Below are positions 48,173-59,581 of a stretch of 64,000 nt of DNA, piece by piece. The translations under genes and the position numbers were made by a program. The stretch is from the NCBI GenBank assembly GCA_014905635.1, contig JABVCE010000013.1, positions 372,001 through 436,000 on the forward strand, written 5' to 3'. How positions within the stretch are numbered: position 1 is the stretch's first letter; every line of letters starts with the position of its first letter. Origin of the DNA: Scenedesmus sp. PABB004 (taxonomy: Eukaryota). The notes below the pieces were generated by a model. The model saw only the letters and a list, made by a program, of their open reading frames with translations, did not search any database and was not told where the DNA came from.

Positions 48173-50654
48173 ATGGCGCGCCGGCCGCGGGGCGGGCCGC
48201 AGTGCGCGCTGCTGGCGGTGGTGCTGCTCCTGGCCGGCGCGGGGTCCGCGATCGGCGACCACGGTGCGCTGGCCGGGGGGTCTTCATGCAGCGCCCGCCT
48301 GGCGCGCGCTGGGGCCCCGCGCGGCCCGGCCGGGCGGTCGACCGTGGCTTCCCCAGGCTGACGGCGGTCCCGACCCGCAGGCGCCGGGCGCGGACTGGCG
48401 GGCGTGGCGCACGCGCTGCGCGCAGGCGCGGAGCACGTGTGGGCGCACCGCCCGCGCGCGCTGCTGGGCGCCGCGGCGGCCGATGCAACCGGTCCGCGCG
48501 ACGCGGACGCCGCGCGGGCGGGCGCCGCGGCGGTGGCGCAGCAGTGCTACTGGGATGGCGCGAGCCAGAGCTGCGACGCCGATGATGCCGTGAACATCAT
48601 GTACGCCATCCGCTCGCGCCCCGCGTCGGCGTACCTGCGGTGAGAGCGAGGGGGCCGCGCGGGGAGGCGACGCAGCGGCGGCACCGGCGGCGGCGGGTGC
48701 CACCGGAGCTGCTGCTGCTGCCGTCGCTGCCGGCGCGCGCCCGCGTCAGCGCGCCCCGCCCTGCCACCGAGCCCGCGCCCCCGCCGCCCCCCTCGTCCCC
48801 GCCGCCCGGCCGGCCGCCAGGTACCTGCTGATGACGTACGACCGCGAGTCGGCGTGCGGCGCGCACGGCAGCGCGGCCGCGTGCAACGCGGACAAGGCAC
48901 ACCGCTGCATCTACCTTGATGACATCCTCAGCATCATAGAGGCAGACGGCGCGCCCGACGACGGCGCGCCCGGCGCCGGCGGCGGCGCCGCGAGCGCGTT
49001 TTCGGCGGCGCCCGACTGGCGCGGCGACCGCGAGGTCGCGGCCGCGCCGGGCGGCGGGGCAGAGCCGGAGCAGGCGTCGATCGCGGCGTGGTGGGCGGCG
49101 GTGCGGGCGGACGGCGCCGGCGGCGCCGCCGCGGCCCAGGAGGCGCTCGCGGGGCGGCTGCAGGCGCAGCAGCGCGAGCTGCTCGAGCTGCTCGGCGGCT
49201 CGCCGTCGCGCGCGGCGCAGCCGCAGCGCCTGTTCATGGCCGACGCGGCGCCGCCGCCGGCGGCGAGGCAGCAGCCGCAGCAGGCGAGGCCCGCGCCGGG
49301 CAAGGCGGCCGCGCCGGGCAAGGCGGCGCCGCCGCCGGGCAAGGCGGCGCCGCCGCCGGGCAAGGCGGCGTCGCGGTGGCCCCAAATCATGTGCACCAGC
49401 ACCGACCTGCTTGAGAACTACATCTTCACGCGCTCCGCGTACAGCAACCCGCTGCAGGCCCCGCTCGCGATGCACTGCCCCGGCTCGCGCGCGCACGCGC
49501 TGCTCGCCTGCATGCGCCAGCCCAACCTGGGTGCGGCGCCGCGGCCGCAGCAACCCCGCGCCCGGGCGCCGCGGGCGGGCGCCGGCGGGCGCCGCCGCCG
49601 CCGCCGCCGGCGCGCTGACGCGCCGCGCCCGCCCGCGCCGCCGCCGCCGCCGCAGCCGCGTGCCGCAAGGCGCCCGACTGCGTGGTCGTGCCGGGCGCGC
49701 CGGGCGGCGCCAAGCAGGAGATGTGCGTGAGCCGCGCCTTCAAGGCCCTCGACGCCGCAGGCGAGTGGCGCCGCCGCGCGGCACGCGCGCGCCGTCGCGG
49801 ACGTCACTGGGACGCGCGGCCGCCCCTTGGCTCGTGCCTGGCTCGACTTTCCCGGCGCTCACCCCCCCCCCCCCACACACACACACAGGCATGAAGAAAT
49901 TTACGTTTGACGTCGCCCTGGGCGAGCCCTCGGCGATCGGCGCGTGCGACGGCGCGTGCTGGATGCGGCAGGCGCTGCTCTGCAACCGCACGGCGAGCGC
50001 GGACGCGTGCGCCGCGCTCAGCTTCTGCCGCCGCACCGGTGCCGGGGCGTGCGCGCCGCGGCTGTACATGCAGGACGACTTTGGCAGCAGCGTCCAGGAG
50101 TACATGGTGCGGGGCGCTGCCTGCCTGCGCGTGCCACGCGGCGCGGCACGGCGTGTGCGCCGCCATGCGCGCGCCGTGCGCGGGACCGCGGCGGGCGCGC
50201 GCCCCGCTCGGCGCCCGGCGCCCGACGCCCCCGACGCCGCCGCCCGCCGCGCCGCGCCGCGCCGCAGGGCGAGTGCGTGGACGTTGACAACCGGCGCGAC
50301 TGCGAGGCGCTGCGGCTGCGGCTGGTCAACAAGGGCAGCTACGCGCGCTGGGCGATGGCGCCGGCCGCGACGCAGCGCTGCGGCGTCGCGAGCATCAACG
50401 GCCTGCTCGGCGGCCGCGGCCGCGCGGCGCAGCGCGCGCCGGCGAACGAGCGCGGCGGCGGGGCGGTGGTCATTGCCGCGATGGGCGCGCGCGAGCAGCA
50501 GGCGGCCGAGGTCGCGGCCGCGGCCGCGGCTGCCGCGGCGGCGGCCAACGCGGCCAAGCTCGTGTCGGGGCGCGGGCCGGCGGTGCTGCGGCAGATTTAC
50601 TTTTCGGACGGCGCCGCGGCGCCTCAGTACCGGCAGCCGGGCGCCGGCGGCTGA
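48173..50654 (+). CDS. Secreted cysteine-rich protein, unknown family, paralogue 2
   Basis: Signal peptide (..CALLAVVLLLAGAGSA); QCYWDGASQSC..|RYLLMTYDRESACGAHGSAAACNADKAHRCIY..IGACDGACWMRQALLC..CAALSFC. Confidence 0.75.
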
Positions 50655-51704
50655 GCCGCGCCGCGCCGCGGCCGCGCGGCCGCGCCCGCGCCGGCCGGCG
50701 CGCGCGGGCGCGGGGGCGCAATGAAGCGACGCCGCGCATGCGTGCACGGTGCGGCGCGCGGGTGCGTGCTTTGGCTGTGGGGCGTGCGAGCGTGGTGCGT
50801 CGTGCCAGCAGCTGACGTCACGCCGGCGGTGCTCTGTGCCTTCCTTGGTGTGTGATGGCGCTGGCTGCAGGGACGTGCACAGCCGGGTCCCCCAGGATTG
50901 GGTTGGTTGGGGGGAGGGAGGGACACCAGGGGGGGCTGTGGAGGCGAGATTGCGGCGCGTGCCGTGCGAGGCGGCCGCTGGCAGCGGCGACCGGCTGCGC
51001 GCCCGGCGAGGGCGGGCGGCTTGGGAGCCGGCCGGCGCATGCGGACTCGCGGGCAGGGGGGCTGCTGCAGCACACATCACTCGTCGTCGCTGCTGTGTTG
51101 ACAGGAGTTATTTCCGCCTTGCGTGCGGCTTGTACACTCTCGGGCGACGCGCACGACCCCGCCACCACCGCGCGGCGGCGGCGGGCGCGCATAGTTGGTT
51201 CAGGCAGGCAGCCGTGTGTGCACGACGTGCACGACGGCGCGCGCCGGTGTGCACCACCACTACCGGCGCGCCCGTCTCACAGGCCGTTGCGCACGGTGTG
51301 TGCGCGCGCTCCTCAGACTCACGCGCACTGCCCCCGAAACCCACCCGGAACCACCATCGCCTCTGCCTTTTCTTTGTGCGCGTGCATTGTACCCAAAACC
51401 CCATCATCCGACGACACGGCGGCTGCAGGTTAACCTCGTTGCTGCGTGCTACACTCTTCCTCAGCCGCACGAGTGGAGTGAGCGCGCTCAGCGGCACCCG
51501 GCGCAGAGCAGCAGCGCGTTCAAAAGCCAGTGCCGCCCGCCGCTGCCTCCAGCAGCGGCCTGCACAGCGTGCGCCCGCTGGCAGTCGTGTAAGGCGGTGT
51601 GTGCTGCTGGTCCTGCGCAGACCCGCGGCGGCTGCGGCGCGCGCAGCAGCGCGTGCGGCGGCGCGAGCAGCAGCGCGCCCCACCGGGCGGCGCGCCGCGC
51701 GCCC

Positions 51705-53961
51705 ATGGTGGCGCGGCAGGTCGCCGCCCACTACGCCCTCCGCGCGGGCCTGGTGCTGTGCGCCTGGGCCATGCGGGCGGTCGCAGCGCGGCTGCGCGGC
51801 CGCGGCGGCGGCGGCGCGCAGCGGCGGCGCGGCACGGCGGCCGGCCGCGGTGCCCCTGGCGGCGGCGGCCCCGTCGTGAAGCTCATCGAGCGGCCCGGCC
51901 AGCAGTTTGTCCCCAGCAACCCACGGTGCGAGCGCGCGGGCGGGCGGTGCGCCCAGCGCTGTGCGGCGGCGCCCACGGCACGCAGGGCACGACGACCCGC
52001 GCCGCCGCCGCCGCCGCCGCCGCCACTCCCGCGCGCGCAGCTGGCTTGTCGATGCAGCGGGCTGGACGCCGGAGCAGGCCGCGGCGCTGGTGCCGCCGTG
52101 TCCGGCGCTCGCTGCGCTCGGGGCGGACGCGCTGCGCAGCTTGGAGCTGGGCAGCGACGAGGCGCGGCAGCTGTTTGCGCTGGACCCTCGCTGGCGGTAC
52201 CTGAACCACGGCAGCTACGGCGGCGCGTACGTGCTGGCGCTGGAGGCGCAGGCGTGGTACCGGGCGCAGCTCGAGGCGCAGCCCGTGGCGTTCATGGAGA
52301 CGGCGGCGGTCGCGGGCACGGTGCGGCGGCGCGCCCCCGGGCGCGGCAGTGCGGCTGCCGGCAGCCGCCGCGCGTGCGCCAGTCTCCCCCCATACACACA
52401 CACACACATCGAGCCGTCGGCGCCCCGCAGGTTGCAGCGGTCGCCGACGCCGCGGCGTTTGTCGGCGCGGACTGGCGGGACTGCGTGCCCGCGGTCAACG
52501 CGACGTCGGCGGTCAACGCCGTGGTCAACGCCCTGCCGCTGCGCCGCGGCGACCTGCTGCTGATGGCCAACACGACCTACCCGGCGGTGCGTGTTGTGCA
52601 CCGCGCGCGCGTGCTCGCGTGCGTGTGCGGGCGCGCGCAGGCGCGTGCTGAGTAGCGCCGCGCGCCGCAGGTGCGCAGCACGCTCGCCGCCGCCGCGGCC
52701 GCCGCGGGCGCGGGGCTGCTGGAGCTGGAGCTGACGCTGGAGGACCTCGGGGTGCGCCGCGGCGGGCGCGCGCGGCGTGCAGCTCACGCAGCACGCGCAG
52801 CTCTGCGGGCCTTGCCGCCGGGGCGCCCGCGCTCGCTCGCTCGCTCGCACGGTCATGCCTCGCGCCCGCGCGCGCGGCCCCGCCGCGCAGGACCCGGCGC
52901 GCCTGGTCGACTGCTACCGCGCCGCGCTCGCGGCCGGCGGGCGGCGGCTGCGGCTGGCGGTCGTCGACCACGTCGCGAGCTTCCCGCCGGTCGTCCTGCC
53001 CGTCCGCGACATCTGCGACCTCTGCCGGTGCGCGCCGCGCGGGCGCGGCGTGGGTGGGCGCGCCGCGCGCGGCGCGCCGCGGCCGGGGCGCGCCGCGACG
53101 GCATGCGCCGCCGCCGCCGCCGCGCAGCGGCGCGGGCGTGCCGGTGCTGGTCGACGGCGCGCACGCGGTGGGCAGCCTGCCCGACCTGGACGTGCCGTCG
53201 CTCGGGGCGGACTACTACACGTGCAATATGCATAAATGGCTGAACACGCCCAAGGGCGCTGCGCTACTGTGGGTGTCGCCAGCGCGGCAGGCGAGCGTGC
53301 GGCCGCTGGTCGTGTCGCACGGCTACGGTCTCGGGTTCAGGGCGGAGTGGCTGTGGCAGGGTGCGCGCGGGGGCGGCCCGGAAGCGCCGCGCAGCGCGCG
53401 CGCTGCGCGAGGGGCGCAGCGCAGCGTGCGCGGGCGGCTCACGCGTGCGCGCGCGCCGCCCCGCGCGCGCGACTGCCGCTCGCAGGCACGGCGGACCCGA
53501 CCGCCTGGTTGGCCGTGCCGGCGGCGCTCGCTGTGCACCGCGCGCTGGGGCCGGAGCGCGTCGCGCGGCACAACCGGGAGCTGGCTGCGGACGCGGCCGC
53601 GCTGCTGAGGGCCGCGTGGGGCACGGAGCGCGCGCTCGGCGCCGGCGGCACCGGCATGGCTGCCGTTGAGCTGCCCTGGCCGCTGGCGCTGCCGGCGCGC
53701 GGCGGCTCGGACGCCGCGGCCGGGTGCGAGCCGCCCCCGGCGGGTGTGCGCGCGCCGCCCACGCCCGCAGACGCGGCCGCGGTGCAGGCGCACCTGCGGC
53801 GGGCGCACACGATCGAGGTGCCCATCGCCGCGGTCGGCGGCGCGCTGTGGGCGCGCGTGAGCGCACAGATTTACAACCGACGTGGAGACTACGTCGCCCT
53901 GGCGGCCGCCGTCGCGGCGCTGCGCCCGGGGGCGGCGAGGGGGCCGGCGGGAGCGCAGCGC
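51705..53961 (+). CDS. PLP-dependent class V enzyme (L-cysteine desulfhydrase / isopenicillin-N-epimerase / Egt2-like); 3' end unresolved
   Basis: YLNHGSYG, VNATSAVNAV, AVVDHVAS, VLVDGAHAVG, DYYTCNMHKWLNTPKG (PLP lysine), GTADP, RVSAQIYN. Confidence 0.85.
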
Positions 53962-54874
53962 GTGACGGCGCGTTATCGTGACCGCCCTGCCCTCGAAGCG
54001 CCCTCGCGTTCGCGCACCTCCCTCGCCGTCTGCGCGCCGCAGCAGCCCTGCGCATCCCTCCTCGCAGCCGCCTTGAGGTGCGGCCGACGCGCTGCGCGTG
54101 CACGCGCAGCGCGTCACGTGACGGGCCGCAGCGGCGCGTTGCTCGGGCACGCCCAGCGCCGTGGCTTGGGCGATACGATCGGTAGCTCGAGCGCGCGAAT
54201 GTTTGGCGCGCCGGGCCCGGCCGCAGGCTGTCCAGGCTGCGCAGGCTGGCCCGAGGCTGCGGCGAGCCGGCGGGGGGCGGCGCGCGGGTCTGCAGAGAGA
54301 GAGAGAGGACCCCCTGGAGCTGCGGGTTGTGAGTTGCCTGCAATCAAACGATCGATTGCCCGCGCAGCGCAGTGCGGAGAGTGCCGCAGACGCACACAAC
54401 GCCCCCGGTCGCCCACAAAAAACCGGGGCCGCGCAACCGCTGCAAATCAGCGCAGCGCGCGCCCCAAGCCTGCGTCAGCCCGTGCCGGCGGCGGCCCGTG
54501 CCGGCGCCGGTCCTGCCCCAAAACTTGGCAGAGGAAAGTGTTGTCTGTGTCTGTGTGTGTGTGTGTGCTCCGCATCACGCGGCGGCCAGGCCTCAGGGGG
54601 GTCGCGCGCCCGCCTGCCCCCCCCCCCACCTGGGCACAGGCACACACGCACGCGCCGCCCGCCCTGCATCTTCTCCCGCGCCCTCCCTGCCGCAACGCCC
54701 CGCGCGCCGTGCCTGCGCTGTGCTCGTCTGCTGGCGCGCCCTCCCTGCCCCCCCCCCCAGCCGCGTCGCCGCCGCGCTCGGCAGATCCTGTGCCGCGCTT
54801 GCCCTGCCTCGCCCACCCGCCCGCCGCCCCTGCGCGGCCGTCAGCGCCGCCGCCTCGCGCTCGCCCGCCAGCGC

Positions 54875-57158
54875 TCACTTGCCGCCGCCAAAGCCCTTGC
54901 CCTGCCCCGGCGAGTTGCTGCGGCCGCCCTTGTTCTGGCCGCCGCCGCTCTTCTTGCCCCCCGAGCCCGCGCCCGCGGGCACCTTGGCCGACGCAGCGGC
55001 GCGCGCGCCGCCGTCGGACGCCACGGGCGTGGCGGGCGCGCCGGCGGCGGGCGCGGGCGCGCCGCCGCCGCCGCCGCTGCTCGTCGTCGCGCCCGGCGTG
55101 CGCAGCGAATCGAGCTTGGCGCGCAGCTCAGCGACGAGCTTCTCGGCCGCCAGCCGGCTGCGGCGCTCCTCGTTGAGCTCCTGCTGCGCGGCCGAGGTGG
55201 TGCTGCGCGCGGCGTCGACCTCCGCCTGCGCCTTGCCGAGCTGTTCCTCGATCTGTGGGCGGCCCGGGGGCCAGACAGGAGGCAGCAGGGCGGGGCGGGG
55301 CGGGGTGCGTGGGTGCGTGGGCGGGGGCGTGGAGGGGCTTGACGCGCGGCGGAGCACGCGGCGCAGCACGCGGCGTGGCGCGGCGCGGCGCGGCGGTGGC
55401 GGCCGGCGGCCGGCGCGGCGCCCGCACCTTCTGGAGCTGCGCGCGCGCCGAGGTGCCCTCCTCGGCCGCGGCGGCGGCGCGCGCCTGCGCCTCCTGCAGC
55501 GCGCCCTCCGCGTCGGCGAGCTGCTTCGCGACCTCGCTCTGCTGCCCGCGCAGGTCAAACTCGGCGTTGCGCGACGTCGTGCGCAGCTGCGCGAGCTCGC
55601 GCTCCGCCGAGGCGAGCTTGTTCGCGATGTCGCGCTCCCGGTCCTGCAGCTTGGCCAGCTCCGCGCCGCTGCTCGCGCTCGCCTGCGCGCGCGGGGCCGG
55701 CGTGGGCGCGGGGGCCGAGGGCGCTGCCGGCCGGCCGCCGCCGCCCGCGCGGGCGCCGCCGCGGCGCGCACCTGCTGCACGCTCTTGGCGCTCGCCTCGA
55801 GCTCCGCCTCGAGCGCGGCTGCGCGCTCCGCCGCCGCGGTGCGGGACGCCTCGATCTCGGCGACGCGCGCCTCGGCCGCCGCGAGCTGCGCGCCGTACTC
55901 AGCCTTCAGGCCCTCCACCTTTTGGTTTTCATTGGAAGGAGGGGGGGGGCGTGGGCGGGCGCCGCCGGGCGGGGGCGGGCGGGCGGGAGGGCAGCGCGCG
56001 GCGCGTCGCGCCACACCACACACTGCCGCACCTGCTTGTTGAGGGTGGCGTTGGAGTCGTTGAGCCCCGAGACCTTGGCCTCCAGCTCCGCCACCGCGCG
56101 CTTGAGCGCCATGCTGCCGCTCTGCTCCGCCTCCAGCAGGTCGCCTGGCGAGGCGGGCGGGGGCGGCGGCGGGGTGGGCGCGGCCCGCGGCGGCGGCGGC
56201 GGCGGCGGCGTCTGGGCTTAAGGTTTAGGTCCCCGCCCGAGCCCAAAACCCGCGCGCACCCGCGGTGATGTACTCGGACTTGATCGCCTCCAGCTGGGCG
56301 CGCAGCTCCGCGCTCACGCCGCGCTCGCCCTCGAGCGCGGCCGCGGTGTCGGCGAGCGCGGCCTTGACGCCGCCGAGCTCGGTGCTGAGCGACGCGCTCG
56401 CGGTGCGCAGCGTCGCGTTGGCCGCCTGCTCCGCGCTCAGCAGCTTCTCAGTCGCCTCGGCCTGGGCCTGCGCGCACGCGCGGGTCGCGGAGGGGGCGGG
56501 GGGGGGGGTCAGACCGGCGCGGCGCGGCGCGGCGCGGCGCGGCGCGGCGAGGCCTCCTCCTCACGGCGCGGCGCCGAGGACACCCCTGCGCCGCGCGCCG
56601 CGCGGGTTGGAGGCCCCACCTGGAGGTTGCGCATCTCGCGGCGCAGCGTGTCCGCGGCGGCCTGCGCCTCCTCGAGCGCCGCGCCGAGGCTCGTGACCTT
56701 GGCGTCGCTCGCCTCCAGCGCCGCCTGGGTCTGGGTGTAGAGCGACTGCAGCTTGGACGCCTGCGCGGCGCGGCGCAGAGCGCGGCGAGCAGTGCGCGGT
56801 GTGCGGCGTGCGGCGCGCGGTGGCGCGAGGGGGCCGGTGCGGCGTGAGCACGCGCGCGCGCTGCGCGGTGTCGTGCCGCGCCGCCGCCGCGACCGCCGCC
56901 GCACCGTCTGGCGCTCGGTCTCGAGCTCCGCCGCGACCTCGGCGTACTCGCGCTCCGCGCGCGCGCGGAACTGCGCCGCCTCCTCCGCGTCGGCCGCGGC
57001 GCGCGCGGCGAGCTCGCTCGCCTGCTGCTTGAGGCGCGTCATGGCGTCCTTCATGCCTGGCAGGGCCGGGGAGGGTTCAGGGTCGAGGGTTTAGGGTTCG
57101 GGGCGGCGCAGCCGCCGGCGCGACGCGCTGTGCGGCGCGCAGGCTGCGTGCGCGGGCA

Positions 57159-57209
<51 letters not shown>

Positions 57210-59142
57210 GCGGCGGCGCGCGCGCGCGCGCACCGGAGCCCTCGACCTGCAGCGTCGAGATGAGGTCCGCCTGCTCCGCCACGCTGGCCGAGGCCGAGTC
57301 GAGCGACGCGAGCGCGGAGCTCAGCTGGGCCTGCGCGGGCGCGGGTGCGGGTGCGGTCAGCGGCCGCTGCGCCGGGGTCGGGACTGCCCAGCCGTGCGCC
57401 CGCGTCCGGGGCGCCCGCCGCGCGCCGCGCCGCCCGCTCCGCACCTGCGCGGCCGCGAGCTCCGCCGCCTTGGCGTCCGCCTCGTCGCCCAGCGAGCTGA
57501 GCGCGGCGGCCTGCTGCGAGACCTGCGCCGACGCCTCCTCGAGCATGCGCCGCACCTCGCCCGCCTCCGCCTGCGGCGCGCGGGGCGCGGGCCGCGGGGC
57601 GCCGCGCCTCTGGGTGGGTGGCCGCGGCCCGGCCGCGACGCGCGTCCGCGCGCGCGCGCGCCCCGCGCCGCCGCGGCGGCCGCGCCGCGCGCGCCTGCGC
57701 GGCAAACTTGGCGGCGCGCTCCGCGTCGAGCAGCTCCGCGCTCGCGGCGGCCTCCTCCTTCATCGCGTCGACCAGCCGCTTCTCGGCAGCGAGCGCGCGG
57801 CCCGCGAGCTCCGACGCGCGCGTCGCGGCCGCGCGCTCCTGCTGCTCCAGCTCCAGCAGCTGCGCGCTCGCGGCCGCGCTGAGCGCGGCCTCCTCCTTGA
57901 GCCGCGCCACGAGCGCCTGCTCCGCCTCGAGCGCCGCGCGCGCCGCGCCCGCCTGGGCCTTGAGCGACTCCACGGCCGAGCGCTCCGCGGCGAGCTTGTC
58001 GTCCAGCGCCGCCTGCGCGCGCCCGCGGCGGCGCCGGCACCGGCGGCGGCGGCGGCGGCGCTCAGGGCGCGCGGCCGCCGCCGAGGCGCAGCGGCGCGGC
58101 GCGGCGCGCCCCGCGCGGCCAGCCACGCGCCGCGCGCCGCGCGCGCCGCGCGCCTCGCTGTCGCGCTTCTGCGCCGCGACGACGCCGGCGATGCCGCAGC
58201 CGAGCAGCAGGCCCAGCGCGGCGCCGGGGTTGACAAAGTCTGCGGTCTCGAGCTCGGCAGAGTCGCCCATGGACGGAGACTGCGCGCGCGCGGGGTTGGG
58301 CGGCGGCGGTTGGAGAGGAGGGGGAGCATGGCGGCGTGCGCGCGTCGGTCGGCCGCGCGGCGCGCGGCGGCGCCGCGAGCGCGCGCGCGGGCGCGCGGGC
58401 CCGGCCGGCCGCCGCGCACCGTGGCGCTCGCGACCGCCAGCGCGGCGCGGCGCTGCGCCGCCTGTGCCTCGGCCTGCGCCGCCTGCAGCTGCGCCTGCGC
58501 GCTCGCGAGCTGGCTCTGGAGGTCGCCGAGGCGCTGGCGGTCGGCGCTCGTGAGCTCGGCGCGGGGCTTGGCCTGCAGCGCCTCGTACTCCTGCGGCGCC
58601 GCGCGCGGCGCGTGCCTGACCGCAGCGCGGCGCCCCGCGGATCGCGGCGCCATCGCGCCCACCGCGCGCGGCGCGGCGCGGCGCGGCGCGCCGCGCCGCA
58701 CCCGCAGCGCGGGCGACGCCGTGAGCGCGGGCAGGGCGCGCGCGCCGCCGGTGCGGGTGGCGATGATCGCCTCCATCTCCGCCGCGGCGTCGCGGCTCGC
58801 GGTGCCGAGGTGCGCCGTGTTGGGGCGCTCGTACGGCGCGGCGCCCGCCGGCAGCGTCTGCCGGGCGGCGGCGGCGTGCGCGGCGGCCGCGGCGGCGCGG
58901 AGCATTGGCCCCCGATCCGCCAGGACGCGCCGGCGGCGGGCGGCGGCGGCGCGCAGCCGCCGCGCCGAGCGCCGCACCAGCAGCAGCGACGCCAGCCCGG
59001 CAGCGGCGCCCGCGGCGGCAGCCTGCCAGGCGGGCGCGGAGCCGGGGCGCGCAGCGGAGGCGCGCACGGCCAGGCGGCGCGAGAGGCGCCCCGGGGCGCG
59101 CGCGGGCGCGCCCGGGCGGGCGGGGCGGGTGCAGAGCTGCAT
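54875..59142 (-). CDS. Plastid membrane-anchored long coiled-coil protein (MFP1-like architecture)
   Basis: Transit peptide (..RRLAVRASA), hydrophobic stretch ending ..LPAGA, TM segment GAALGLLLGCGIAGVVAA, then many Ala/Glu/Leu heptad exons; ends ..GKGFGGGK*. Confidence 0.65.
57072..57103 (+). repeat. Degenerate interstitial TTTAGGG-type telomeric array in an intron
   Basis: AGGG TTCAGGG TCGAGGG TTTAGGG TTCGGGG heptamer phasing. Confidence 0.55.
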
Positions 59143-59581
59143 GCTGCTGGGCGAATTGCGGCGCCCAGGCGCGCGCGTTCGATGGGGCGGGGTGCGCGAG
59201 GTGAGAGAGAGGCGACAGAGCGCGCGGACCAGCGCCACCTGGAGGCTGGCGGGGTCTACGCGAGCGGACGGGCCTGACTGACATTGACGCGTGGCCGGCC
59301 TCGCCCAGCCGGCTTCGCCCTCCCTCTCACGATCTCGCGTCGACGTCGCACGTCGCCATCGCCGCCCAGCTCGCTCGCCGGCCGATCTGCGCACGCCGCG
59401 TGCGGAGCCGCTGCCGTCCCGCCCCGCACGCGCCGCTGCTTGCCCGAGGGCCCGCTGATCGCTGCCCGCCATGCCGGCGGCCCCGCGCCGCGCGCCGTGA
59501 GCCTGCGGGCGCGGCGCAGCCGTCGCGCTCGCCGGCCGGCAGCGCCGGCGCCGCTGCCGCTGCTGCCCGGCGGCCGCCGCG

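Noticed and set aside
50655..51700. Cys-containing ORFs in the 1-kb gap (also 32430-33500)
   Set aside because: No codon bias or motif; composition fits UTR or promoter sequence.
38365..53961. ACP plus isopenicillin-epimerase-like gene as a secondary-metabolite cluster
   Set aside because: The ACP is the ordinary plastid FAS type, no PKS or NRPS is present, and the intervening genes are unrelated.
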